64,000 bases of DNA from an uncultured Clostridium sp. (GTDB taxonomy: Bacteria > Bacillota > Clostridia > TANB77 > CAG-508), in the NCBI GenBank assembly GCA_964370265.1, contig CAYJIP010000002.1:52620-116619 (forward strand). The letters run 5' to 3'. The stretch's first letter is position 1; the number at the start of each line of letters is the position of its first letter. This document shows, in pieces, positions 49,101-58,789 of this stretch. The position numbers and the translations under genes were made by a program. The notes under the pieces are model-generated. The model was not told where the DNA came from. It saw only the letters and a program-made list of their open reading frames with translations, and searched no databases.

Positions 49101-49793
49101 ATGAAAAATAATTTTAAATCAATAATTATATTTACTTGTATATTGCTAATTTTAATTTTTTCCGGAATACTATTTTTCTTAAACTATATAAATACAAATA
49201 ATACGAAAGATATTCAAAATACTAGTGTTCAAGATGAGTACAGCATTTCTCATAATTCTAATAATGAAGATACTATCTCATCAGAAGAAAATACTACTGA
49301 TTTTGAAAAAACAAATATCAATCTTGATATAGAATCTGAAACTACTCTTGCGTCTTTTTCTACAACAATTCATAATAAGGAACCAGGAAGACAAAACAAT
49401 ATTCAAATAGTTATAAACACATTTAATAATTATATAATAAAATCAGGAGAAATATTTTCTTTCACTAATATTAATGGCCCTGCAACTTCAGAAAAAGGTT
49501 ATCAAGAATCTGACATATTTGATGAGAATGGAAATAAGGCTCGTGGGCTTGGTGGAGGTATTTGTCAAGTAAGTACCACAATTTATAATGCTGCTTTACA
49601 AATACCTGGTTTAGAAATTGTTGAAAGACATCCACACAGTAGTGATGTACCATATATTGAAAAAGGTTATGATGCAGCAGTTGCCTATGGTTCTATGGAC
49701 TTGAAATTTAAAAATAATACTAATTCTGATATACGTTTATCTATTAATTCTACCGAAAGCGAAATAACTGTTTCCTTAATATCATTAAATTAA
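49101..49793 (+). CDS. VanW-family protein
   Basis: N-terminal TM; GGGICQVSTTIYNAA and PYIEKGYDAAVAY motifs. Confidence 0.8.
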   Translation: MKNNFKSIIIFTCILLILIFSGILFFLNYINTNNTKDIQNTSVQDEYSISHNSNNEDTISSEENTTDFEKTNINLDIESETTLASFSTTIHNKEPGRQNNIQIVINTFNNYIIKSGEIFSFTNINGPATSEKGYQESDIFDENGNKARGLGGGICQVSTTIYNAALQIPGLEIVERHPHSSDVPYIEKGYDAAVAYGSMDLKFKNNTNSDIRLSINSTESEITVSLISLN

Positions 49794-49876
49794 TATTTAT
49801 TTTTTATTTATTTTACCTTCTTTGTTCTTTTTTGTATATTCCAGAATATATTTTAGTATTAATTGGAGGTAAATCG

Positions 49877-51121
49877 ATGACTATAAGTTTATATAAAAAA
49901 ATATTCAAATTTTTAATTATTTGTACACTATTTATATTATTATTTCTATCTATCCCTATATCAATATATGCTGAAGATACTGCTTATGTATGGTCTAATT
50001 TTGGTGAATCTATTCCAACTTCAACAACAGCAAGTGTGTCTGATAACTTTCTAGGATTAGAATCTGGCTCTGCAATATTAATTGAACAGACAACTGGACA
50101 AATACTTTATTCACACAATTCTCATGAAAAATTAAGACCTGCTTCTGTTACTAAAATTATGACTATATTATTAATCATGGAAGCTATTGATAACGGTCAA
50201 ATTTCACTAACTGATGAAGTTCCATGTAGTGATAACGCATCATCGATGGGTGGATCTCAAATTTGGTTAGAGCCCGGTGAAACTTTGACAGTTGATGAAA
50301 TGTTAAAATCAATATGTGTCTCATCTGCTAACGATTGTTCCGTTGCAATGGCTGAATATATTGCTGGTTCTGAAGAAGCTTTTGTAGCTTTAATGAATAA
50401 ACGAGCAGAAGAATTAAATATGAATAATACTACATTCAAAAACTGTCATGGACTTGATGAAGATGGCCATGTTACTACAGCATACGATATTTCTCTTATG
50501 TCTCAAGAATTATTAAATAACCATCCTAGTATAACTAATTATTCAACTATTTGGATGGATTCTCTGAGAGATGGAACTTCTGAACTTCTAAATACTAATA
50601 AATTAATAAATTCATATAGTGGAATTACTGGTTTGAAAACAGGATCAACTAGCCTTGCATTATATAATTTATCTGCCAGTGCTTCACGAGAAGGTTTTTC
50701 TCTTATTGCTGTTATAATGAAAGGACCTACTTCAGCAATTAGATTTAGTGAAGCTCAAAAGTTACTAGATTATGGTTTTAATACATATTCATTCAATTCA
50801 TTTGGAAATAAAGATGAAATTATTGGAAATTTACCTGTTCACAAAGGGATAAGTGATTCTGTTGAAATTGTTCTTGAAAACAATTTAAGTTCTGTATTCA
50901 AAAAAGGAGAAGAATCTAAAGTAGAACAAATAATAACTATTCCAGACACTTTAGAAGCACCTATTTTAGAAGGTGAAAAAATCGGAGAAATTTCCTATAC
51001 TTTAGATGGTTCAATTATATGTAATGTGAATTTAATAGCAAATAACAGTATTGAAAAAAGATCTCTACTTAATACTTTTTCTATACTCTTTAAAAACTGG
51101 TTTACACTTTCTAAATTTTAA
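49877..51121 (+). CDS. D-alanyl-D-alanine carboxypeptidase (S11, PBP5/6-like)
   Basis: SVTK (SxxK), SAN (SxN), KTGST (KTG). ATG at 49877 lies 7 nt after GGAGG. Confidence 0.85.
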   Translation: MTISLYKKIFKFLIICTLFILLFLSIPISIYAEDTAYVWSNFGESIPTSTTASVSDNFLGLESGSAILIEQTTGQILYSHNSHEKLRPASVTKIMTILLIMEAIDNGQISLTDEVPCSDNASSMGGSQIWLEPGETLTVDEMLKSICVSSANDCSVAMAEYIAGSEEAFVALMNKRAEELNMNNTTFKNCHGLDEDGHVTTAYDISLMSQELLNNHPSITNYSTIWMDSLRDGTSELLNTNKLINSYSGITGLKTGSTSLALYNLSASASREGFSLIAVIMKGPTSAIRFSEAQKLLDYGFNTYSFNSFGNKDEIIGNLPVHKGISDSVEIVLENNLSSVFKKGEESKVEQIITIPDTLEAPILEGEKIGEISYTLDGSIICNVNLIANNSIEKRSLLNTFSILFKNWFTLSKF

Positions 51122-51137
51122 AACGCTAATAAAAATT

Positions 51138-51166
51138 AAAACTACTAATTTTAAATTAGTAGTTTT
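51138..51166 (+). terminator. terminator of the carboxypeptidase gene
   Basis: aaaactactaatt / aattagtagtttt 13-bp perfect stem. Its T-tail is the IS insertion site. Confidence 0.7.
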
Positions 51167-51169
51167 ATT

Positions 51170-51646
51170 GACTCTATAATAGATGTTGGGGTAAGACTTC
51201 AACATTTATTTTTTTACAAAAAAATAATGCATTTATTTAAAAAACCTGATAGAATTTAAAGCGTCAAAACCAAATCCAAGGAGGTATTTAAATAAATGCA
51301 AAGTACTATTATTAAAAATTTATTAAATTTTAAAGAGGTTTTAGTAAAAAAAAGTAAAAAACAATGAAAATTCTATTAGTTTTGAAATAGAATTACCTGC
51401 AAAAGAACATTTTTGTCCTTGTTGTAGCCACAAAACTAAAAAAATTAAAGATTACAGAATACAACACCTTAAAAATATTCCTTTACAATTAAAACCTACT
51501 ACACTTATACTAAAAAAACGTTTCTTTTATTAAACATGCTTTAAATTTATATATTTCGCGTATTTTAAATATTTATATTAAAAATGATAAAAAAGAAGAG
51601 GCAGAAAACTTTTAACGTTTTCCACCCCAACTATTGACTTTGAGCC
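51170..51646 (+). mobile_element. internally deleted ISL3-family element (MITE-like remnant) with frameshifted/truncated transposase N-terminus
   Basis: Flanked by the 8-bp direct repeat GTTTTATT (51162-69 and 51647-54). Imperfect terminal IRs (left gactctataatagatgttggggt; right reverse complement ggctcaaagtcaatagttggggt). Internal SD+ATG at 51296 reads MQSTIIKNLLNFKEV.., then after a frameshift ..ISFEIELPAKEHFCPCCSHKTKKIKDYRIQHLKNIPLQLKPTTLILKKR (zf-ISL3-like). Confidence 0.75.
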
Positions 51647-51679
51647 GTTTTATTATATATTTTATTATTTTCCTTTATC

Positions 51680-53077
51680 CTATAATTCATTAAATGTTTT
51701 AGTGTTTACACTATTACCATTTTCTCCTTCGATTCTTGAATTTGATAAATTTTTCCTTCTTTGAAATAGTGAATCATTTCTTGAAATATTTTGAATTTCT
51801 GATTTAGTTTCTTTTTCATATGTATGTCTTGCGCTTGAATTACGATACTTTGAATATATCAGAGCATAATATATCGGTCCAGCTAAAAATCCTAGATATT
51901 CTAATCCATCAAAATCCAAAATCAATGCACATATTATACCTAATAATTCGACTATACATGATATACCAAATAACTTAGGTTTATGAATAGGAACACTCCC
52001 CATAGTTTCTTTTGTTCTAGCATTTACAGATACATAGTGTAATTGTTTTTTTGTTGATGAAACTTCTTGATAACTATATAACCAAACTGGTAAATATGCT
52101 GAAATCCATTTTTGTCCTTTTATACCAATTGCTTCTTTTTTCCAAGAAACACCTCTATTATATTTTGTCAAGTCACTATTTATTGCATGTCTTGCAATAT
52201 CTCTTGTTTGAGCATTAACTAATTTAGATAATTCATCTATATTTGTATCTCTTTTTTCAGATGTATATCCTTTTATATAATTCGCATCCCATTTCACACT
52301 ATTTTCAATGTCGAATGGCATTATTGAATTTATAATATTTGTTGTTTTAACGCTATCTTTATAGTTTAGTTTATCTTTATTTGACTCAACAGTTAGATTA
52401 TCTATATGAATATCAAATTCTCTTTCAACATTATAGCAATCTGCATCATAATATCTTACATAATTATCTCCACGTTTCACTCTGTATGTTCTTGTTTGTA
52501 CTTCTGCATGTCCTTCTAATTTAGCATGTGCATTTACGTCAACAACATAATATGGAAAATATACTCCCTTTATATTTTCTGTAGTAAATTCTTGCTTGAA
52601 TTTCGGATGCGCATAAAATTTTCTTCTACCAACAAAATCTTCTATCATTTGACGTGCGTCAGATTTTTCTGTTCTAAATGGTAATACATAATCTGGTACA
52701 GCACCGTTTGGTATTTGCTCATTTATTGATAATGTATTTCGACACCAATGACATCTTGCTTGTGTTACTTCATTTGTATCAATAACAACTTCTGCTCCAC
52801 AACTAGTACATTTTAATGTCAGCATATCTTTTTCATCTGCAATAATATTTTTAGTTCCTGATCCTATTGTTAAACCTTCTAATTCAGAAACATTCCCAAC
52901 AAGTCCATCTACAACTTCTGGTTTAAATCTATGTCTACAAAAGTTACATACTAACATTCCTGTTTTAGGATCTAAAGTTATATCTGTAGCTCCACATTTA
53001 GGACATTTAGATTGTCCCATACCTTTTCCGCTATTTGTATCAACGATTTTTATTTCTTCATCATTAACAATATTCAT
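51680..53077 (-). CDS. double zinc-ribbon membrane protein (YdjG-like)
   Basis: CPKCGA..CNFCRH and CTSCGA..CHWCRN zinc ribbons, with C-terminal TM helices. ATG at 53077 lies 1 nt after the upstream stop (coupled). The track start at 53116 is unlikely. Confidence 0.55.
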   Translation of the reverse strand: MNIVNDEEIKIVDTNSGKGMGQSKCPKCGATDITLDPKTGMLVCNFCRHRFKPEVVDGLVGNVSELEGLTIGSGTKNIIADEKDMLTLKCTSCGAEVVIDTNEVTQARCHWCRNTLSINEQIPNGAVPDYVLPFRTEKSDARQMIEDFVGRRKFYAHPKFKQEFTTENIKGVYFPYYVVDVNAHAKLEGHAEVQTRTYRVKRGDNYVRYYDADCYNVEREFDIHIDNLTVESNKDKLNYKDSVKTTNIINSIMPFDIENSVKWDANYIKGYTSEKRDTNIDELSKLVNAQTRDIARHAINSDLTKYNRGVSWKKEAIGIKGQKWISAYLPVWLYSYQEVSSTKKQLHYVSVNARTKETMGSVPIHKPKLFGISCIVELLGIICALILDFDGLEYLGFLAGPIYYALIYSKYRNSSARHTYEKETKSEIQNISRNDSLFQRRKNLSNSRIEGENGNSVNTKTFNEL

Positions 53078-53078
53078 A

Positions 53079-54263
53079 TTATATTTTCCCCAATATTTCG
53101 TTTTTTGTTTTGTCATAATCTTCTTGTGTTATTAATCCTTTATCAAGTAAAGCTTTTAATTTTTCTAATTTTACCATTGGATCATCTTGTTGTGATGCTT
53201 GTGGTTGTTGCTGTGCCGGTTGTTGCACTGGTTGTTGAAATGCTCCCATTGCTCCACCTGTGGCATTCATTCCCATTCCCATGAATCCCATTCCCATAGC
53301 TCCTCCACTATTTGGATTGCTTCCTGCTGCTTCAAACCCTCTAGCTACTGATTGTTGCATAAATGAATTTCCTCTTGCTCCCATTAATGAATCTGCTTTT
53401 CTAACATCTTCCAATGTTTTCAGTGTCAATTCATCATATTCAATTGCAGCTATTGCAACTCTTTCAATAACTAAACCTCTGTCTGTTTTCCAGTTAAATA
53501 CTTGTTCAACTTCTTCAGACAAAATTCTTGCTATTCCAACTTGATCAGTTTGCATTTTTTCTATACTTGTTCCTTCTGGAGATTCACTACTAAATCTTGT
53601 AAAAGCTGCTGGCAGAGCTGTTAAAAATTCTGTAAATATTTGCTCTCCTGATGGATTATTCATATCTCCAAAATCAAATACTTTATTAGCTAATAAATAA
53701 TTTGCAGGTACAAATTGTTTAACAAATAATATAGGATCTATTATTCTTAAGCTGTATATTCCTCTTGCCATAGCTGCTGCTTTTGTATTTAAATATTTAT
53801 CAAACCAATTTATTGGTGATGGTGTTCCAAATTTATTGTTTGGTATTTCTTTCATATTAACATATATCACTTGTTGATTTGCTGCTGGTTGTCCACCAGT
53901 CTTAAATCTTTCCCAAGTTTGTTGTATAACAGTTGTAAATATATTGTCTCCACCAAAGAATGACTTTGAATTAACATCATCACTTGAATAAGTATATCCA
54001 CCTGGTTCCATAATACATCCTGTTATTCCTCCATCTTGCATCGTAATCAATGCTGTCCCTTCTGGTACTAATATTTTACTCCCATTTGATATAACTGCTG
54101 TTGAACCTTTTGTGTTCTCTCCTCTTCCTGAATTTTGTCCAACTGCGACTCCTGGAAAAACTGCTACAGTACTAGTTATTCCAGATACTGGCATAATATA
54201 ATCTTTCCACTGGTCTGCAAAAGTTGCTCCTAATGAATCTGTAAATGCTTTAATAAATCCCAT
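53079..54263 (-). CDS. SPFH-like 'virion core protein' family protein (YdjI-like) with Gln/Pro-rich linker and C-terminal SHOCT domain
   Basis: MGFIKAFTDSLGATFADQWKDYI N-terminus. C-terminus DDPMVKLEKLKALLDKGLITQEDYDKTKNEILGKI (SHOCT pattern). ATG at 54263 lies after AAGAGG. Confidence 0.6.
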   Translation of the reverse strand: MGFIKAFTDSLGATFADQWKDYIMPVSGITSTVAVFPGVAVGQNSGRGENTKGSTAVISNGSKILVPEGTALITMQDGGITGCIMEPGGYTYSSDDVNSKSFFGGDNIFTTVIQQTWERFKTGGQPAANQQVIYVNMKEIPNNKFGTPSPINWFDKYLNTKAAAMARGIYSLRIIDPILFVKQFVPANYLLANKVFDFGDMNNPSGEQIFTEFLTALPAAFTRFSSESPEGTSIEKMQTDQVGIARILSEEVEQVFNWKTDRGLVIERVAIAAIEYDELTLKTLEDVRKADSLMGARGNSFMQQSVARGFEAAGSNPNSGGAMGMGFMGMGMNATGGAMGAFQQPVQQPAQQQPQASQQDDPMVKLEKLKALLDKGLITQEDYDKTKNEILGKI

Positions 54264-54502
54264 AATTTTTACCTCTTTCTTTGTTATATTTAAAATATTT
54301 TGTATTCTAAATATAATATAACACACTTATATTTTATTGTAAATATTTTTAATAATAGTATTTTTGTTAGTTTTTGTTAATAAAAGTTAACAGAGTAATA
54401 CACTATGTATTACTCTGTTTTTTAATATTTTATTATCTTTTAATTGTATTTTAATTATATTTTAATTATATTTTTTGTTACTTGATGATTTAAATTATTT
54501 GA

Positions 54503-55867
54503 TTAATATAAAACTACTCTAAATCCAACATCTTCTAAATATGATGTTGTTGAATGAATTCTTCTTGTTGCCACAGACCCTTGTGATTGTGTACCATTCA
54601 TTCCTGAAAGTAAATAATTTCCGCCTCTACTAACAATAGGATATTGAGAAGATGCATTACTATTTTCTAATGTGAATTCATAAGCATTTCCTGCTAAATC
54701 ATATATATTTAGTATTTCATTTGTCACATTATTCCCTGTAATTGTAGCTCCTGTAGTTAATAAGAATGCTGCATTTTGTGCTTTAGTTACACTACTTTCC
54801 ACAGTTAAATATTGTGGCATTCTTCCTGCTATATATTCTTGATATTTTCCACTTGTTAACTGATAACTTGTATTTCTGTGATTCCCTATATTCGTACTAT
54901 TAATTAATAGTGTACTTTCTTCCACATCACCTGAAATTTGCATAAATTTCAATATTAAATCCCATTGAAATCCGAACATTAGTGATGAATTATATTCTTC
55001 ATTGCTCAATGTTTTTGCAGCAGTAGTTGCTTGTCCTATTGTAACATAGTTATATACAAACTTATCTTTTTGTACTACCATTGTCGATATTTGGTTAGTG
55101 CTAGAACTAGAGTAATCTCTTTGTATTGTTTCACTTATACCTGATTCATATCTACCAACCCAAAATCCATTATATTCATATATACTTTCAAGTATAGCAT
55201 CTTTAACATCAGAATTTTCCGGATCTGTGTGTACCTCTTTTTTATATGCTGATACATATCTATTTATATCTTCTTCTATCTTATCGTGGTCACTTATTTT
55301 TGTATCTTCACTAAATTCTTCTTCTGGCATAGGAATCCATACAAATTCGTTCCCGTCTAGCGTCATTACTAAACCTTCTTCTATTTCATCTTCATCTGTA
55401 TTTGGTGATAAAATGGCTCCATCTGGTAAAAACACATCTGGATAAATAGCTGTTGTTCCCATACTATCTGGTTTTTCAACTTCTATATCATATCCATCTA
55501 CTGTTACTGTTATTGGATAATCATTATCCGGCAAGTCTAAAGTCCCTTCTGGTACATTACCTGTTTCTAATCCAGTTATTTTTTCTGATATTTTCCAAAG
55601 TTCTTCTAATAACTTTGATTCTACTAAATCTCCTGAATTATTATGACTTCCTAATATTGCAACTTTAACTTTTTCTTCTGCTGCTGCTTTTTTTGATTCA
55701 GATGATGAATCTTCTGCTTGATTTAATATTCCATTATCTCCTGTTAATAAACCTATTGATACCCCTGCTAGTATTAGAAGTACTATTATTGTTATAACAA
55801 GTGATATAAGCGTTATCCCCTTATTTTTGTTCATTTTTTGTCTTTCTTTTAAAGTTTCTTTTCTCAT
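54503..55867 (-). CDS. pilin-like N-terminus + FGE/C-type-lectin-like protein, paralog of the DGR target (no match to this TR)
   Basis: KGITLISLVITIIVLLILAGVSIGLLTGDNGIL, GFWVGRYESG, SLMFGFQWDLILKFM, AGNAYEFT and VGFRVVLY all parallel ORF 18858..20210. Confidence 0.85.
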   Translation of the reverse strand: MRKETLKERQKMNKNKGITLISLVITIIVLLILAGVSIGLLTGDNGILNQAEDSSSESKKAAAEEKVKVAILGSHNNSGDLVESKLLEELWKISEKITGLETGNVPEGTLDLPDNDYPITVTVDGYDIEVEKPDSMGTTAIYPDVFLPDGAILSPNTDEDEIEEGLVMTLDGNEFVWIPMPEEEFSEDTKISDHDKIEEDINRYVSAYKKEVHTDPENSDVKDAILESIYEYNGFWVGRYESGISETIQRDYSSSSTNQISTMVVQKDKFVYNYVTIGQATTAAKTLSNEEYNSSLMFGFQWDLILKFMQISGDVEESTLLINSTNIGNHRNTSYQLTSGKYQEYIAGRMPQYLTVESSVTKAQNAAFLLTTGATITGNNVTNEILNIYDLAGNAYEFTLENSNASSQYPIVSRGGNYLLSGMNGTQSQGSVATRRIHSTTSYLEDVGFRVVLY

Positions 55868-56040
55868 ATTTTCCCTTTCTTTTGTGTTTATATTTAGCTT
55901 AGCGTCCTAACTGCGTTCGTATTATAACTTCTTATAAAAAATTTTTCAATACTATTTTAAAAATTATTTATTTTTTTATTTTTACTTGTTATTTAATTAT
56001 TTTTTAATATTATTTACTCCTTTTGTAATTTTTATTCAAT

Positions 56041-56069
56041 AAAAAAAGATAGAATTATCTATCTTTTTT
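56041..56069 (-). terminator. terminator hairpin
   Basis: aaagataga-atta-tctatcttt with flanking A/T runs. Confidence 0.65.
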
Positions 56070-56073
56070 CTAC

Positions 56074-56496
56074 CTAATTATCTGTTTTGTTTTTGTAGTT
56101 TTCTGCTATTATTTTAGCAGAGTGCATAAATGCATATGTGCTATGCAATAAACTTGGGATTTCTCTTGCTTTTTCTTGAATTTCCTTTGGAACCACTAAT
56201 TTTGGTATAAGTTTACTTTCATCATAATATTCTTTGAAAAATCTAGTATTAACACAAGCTGTTATTACATTAGTTGTTTGAGTTTCCCAATTATTATTCT
56301 TATAAACTAATATTTCATATGTTCTTGTGTCTTCATTTAAAAACATTTCATACTTTTTTTCAAACCCTGCTTTTTCCCAGTCCCAGTTCTCCATATTATC
56401 ATCTTGCTGTTTCATGATTCTGCCATATACTTCCAAAAAACGTACTTCTAAATTAGGTATTTTTTCAAAAGGGTTCTCTTTTTGTAAATCTTTCAT
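56074..56496 (-). CDS. hypothetical protein (140 aa)
   Basis: ORF with a terminator. No motif recognised. Confidence 0.45.
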   Translation of the reverse strand: MKDLQKENPFEKIPNLEVRFLEVYGRIMKQQDDNMENWDWEKAGFEKKYEMFLNEDTRTYEILVYKNNNWETQTTNVITACVNTRFFKEYYDESKLIPKLVVPKEIQEKAREIPSLLHSTYAFMHSAKIIAENYKNKTDN

Positions 56497-56605
56497 GTTG
56501 TTTTCCTCTTTCTTAAATAAAATTTTATGTTTATATTATACCACATTATGTCAATTTGTACAAATCCCATCATTCTTACTTTGCATTCATCAGCTAAACT
56601 AATAT

Positions 56606-57196
56606 TTATTCATCTTCTAGAATTTCATTATATTCAAACTCATAAGTCGTATCTCTAATATCATTATTATTTTTGTTATTTATATCTTCACTTATTTTTT
56701 TCTTTATATTATTTTTTTCTTGTTCCATTTTATCAATTTTACTCATAATGTTTTCTCTTTTATCTCTTATTTTTTTTGTTTTATTTTCTTTCTGCTCTGA
56801 ATTAAATATTTTTGTTGCTTTATCAACTAAATCTGGTAAAAAATCTATTAATTTATCTACAGATGATGTGTGATTTACAGGCATCAATTTTACATTATCT
56901 GGCTGAATTACTAAAAATGCTATAGGATTTACAGACGCGCCTGCTCCCGATCCTCCGCCAAATGGTAATCTATATTCAATTGCTTCTTCTGTTTCCTTTT
57001 TCCTGTATCCTTCTATTGCTTCTCCTTGGAATTCACTTCCACCAGAAGCAAATCCAAAAGACACTTTAGATATTGGTATGATAACAGTGCTATTTGACGT
57101 TTCAATAGGATCTCCTATTATTGTATTAACATCAATCATATCTTTTATGCTACTCATGGCTGTATGCATAAGACCTTCTATTGGATGTTCTTTCAT
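56606..57196 (-). CDS. ytfJ: GerW-family sporulation protein YtfJ
   Basis: MKEHPIEGLMHTAMSSIKDMIDVNTIIGDPIET and PFGGGSGAGASVNPIAFLVI closely follow the YtfJ pattern. Confidence 0.85.
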   Translation of the reverse strand: MKEHPIEGLMHTAMSSIKDMIDVNTIIGDPIETSNSTVIIPISKVSFGFASGGSEFQGEAIEGYRKKETEEAIEYRLPFGGGSGAGASVNPIAFLVIQPDNVKLMPVNHTSSVDKLIDFLPDLVDKATKIFNSEQKENKTKKIRDKRENIMSKIDKMEQEKNNIKKKISEDINNKNNNDIRDTTYEFEYNEILEDE

Positions 57197-57947
57197 ATTT
57201 TTTCACTCCTTTTTTATTTTTAAACATATTAATAATATGTATTATTTCTTTTATCCTTATACTTATTACTCCTGATAAATCTAAATTAAATATATTCTGA
57301 TTTAGATACTTTGGTTCAACTAAAAATTCTGATTTATTAACTTCTTTAATATATTTTTTGTAATATATTGATAAAATTGTTGATATAATAACAATAATGT
57401 ATGATGTATTGATAGGATTTTTAGTTCCACACTGAATATTAATATTTAATTTATTTACAGATTCATTTAATATATTTAAAATATATATCTTTTTTTTGAT
57501 GTCACCAAATATAATTTGAGAAAATTGTTCTATGTCAAAACTGTGTATATTTTTTAGTTGTTTTATTTCTTTTAATTTATGATTTATTTCGTTAGTTACT
57601 TTATTATTTATTTTTTTCATAATCATATTTTCAAGTTTATTAACTTTTTTCTTATTTTTTATTAATTTTTTTTGATTTTTTTCTAACTCAATTTTATATT
57701 TAAAAACTGGTATTTTTTTTAATATCAAAACCTTTATATTTATATAATATCTATATTGTATCTTCCTACTATCACATATTTTAAATTCTATTTTTTTTAA
57801 TTCTACATTAATTAAAGAATTATATACAACTAAAATACCTATTAATATAGCTATAATTATAAGTATTATACCAAAAAGAAAAACCAATATTCTCACCTCC
57901 TTTAGAGGATTTATATTAGTTTTTCCATATTTTTCATATTTATACAA
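57150..57947 (-). CDS. DUF2953-like (YtfI-like) membrane-anchored sporulation-associated protein
   Basis: N-terminal TM, Lys-rich, located upstream of ytfJ as in the ytfI-ytfJ arrangement. 47-nt overlap with ytfJ. Confidence 0.5.
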   Translation of the reverse strand: MYKYEKYGKTNINPLKEVRILVFLFGIILIIIAILIGILVVYNSLINVELKKIEFKICDSRKIQYRYYINIKVLILKKIPVFKYKIELEKNQKKLIKNKKKVNKLENMIMKKINNKVTNEINHKLKEIKQLKNIHSFDIEQFSQIIFGDIKKKIYILNILNESVNKLNINIQCGTKNPINTSYIIVIISTILSIYYKKYIKEVNKSEFLVEPKYLNQNIFNLDLSGVISIRIKEIIHIINMFKNKKGVKKYERTSNRRSYAYSHE

Positions 57948-58016
57948 TTAATTTTATATTATTATTTCTTTATTGTAATTATTCACACAAATTTTTTGTT
58001 ATTTTTTTGTTCTTCT

Positions 58017-58772
58017 TTATGAATTTTTCTTGTTATTTTTTTCTACTTTTATATCTCCAAATAATATATCTTGTGATGTCTGAACCTTATTTCTTCTAGA
58101 TAGTTCTAACAATCCTGAAAAAGCTGTAACAACTTCTTTTTTATCTTTTTCAGTTATTGAAAACACCCTATTAAATATAAATCTTTTCTCTTTTAGAAGT
58201 ATTTTTATCATTTCTTTGACTTTTCCAGATACAGTATAATGTTCAACAAGTGCTATTTTTTCAATATTTTTTGCATTTTTATTTAATCTCACACTGCTTT
58301 TTTCCAATATATTCTTATACATATTTGGTATGATTTCTCTATCATAATCTTTTTCTAACTTTTGTTTTGGGAATATAATTTGTTCTTGTGTTTTATATGT
58401 TCTTTTAGAAAAAATCAAATATTCTTCTTTTAATTTTTTACTTATTTCTTTGAATTTTTTATATTCAATAATTCTTCTAATCAATTCTTCTTCTGTTACG
58501 TCTTCTTCTTCATTTTCTTGTTTTGGTAATAATTTTTTTGATTTTAATAATAATAGTGTAGATGCCATTAATATAAATTCACTCTTAATCTCTAAATTAC
58601 TATCTTCTAATTCATTAATATATAATATATATTGATCTGTTATATCACTTAAATTTATTTTATGTATATCCATTTTATTTTTATCTATTAAGTGTCCAAG
58701 TAGATCTAAAGGACCTTCAAATTCTTCTGTTTTAATTGCATATTTAGATGTTTCTAAAGTTAATATAGCCAT
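58017..58772 (-). CDS. scpA: segregation and condensation protein A
   Basis: FEGPLDLLGHLIDKNKMDIHKINLSDITDQYI. Confidence 0.85.
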   Translation of the reverse strand: MAILTLETSKYAIKTEEFEGPLDLLGHLIDKNKMDIHKINLSDITDQYILYINELEDSNLEIKSEFILMASTLLLLKSKKLLPKQENEEEDVTEEELIRRIIEYKKFKEISKKLKEEYLIFSKRTYKTQEQIIFPKQKLEKDYDREIIPNMYKNILEKSSVRLNKNAKNIEKIALVEHYTVSGKVKEMIKILLKEKRFIFNRVFSITEKDKKEVVTAFSGLLELSRRNKVQTSQDILFGDIKVEKNNKKNS

Positions 58773-58789
58773 TTTATCATTCCAATCTC

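Noticed and set aside
54503-54700. Possible second VR in the paralog's C-terminus
   Set aside because: By eye there is no nucleotide-level alignment to TR 16625..16756; only the final GFR.VLY codons are similar. Reported as a paralog, not a VR. A computed alignment should confirm this.
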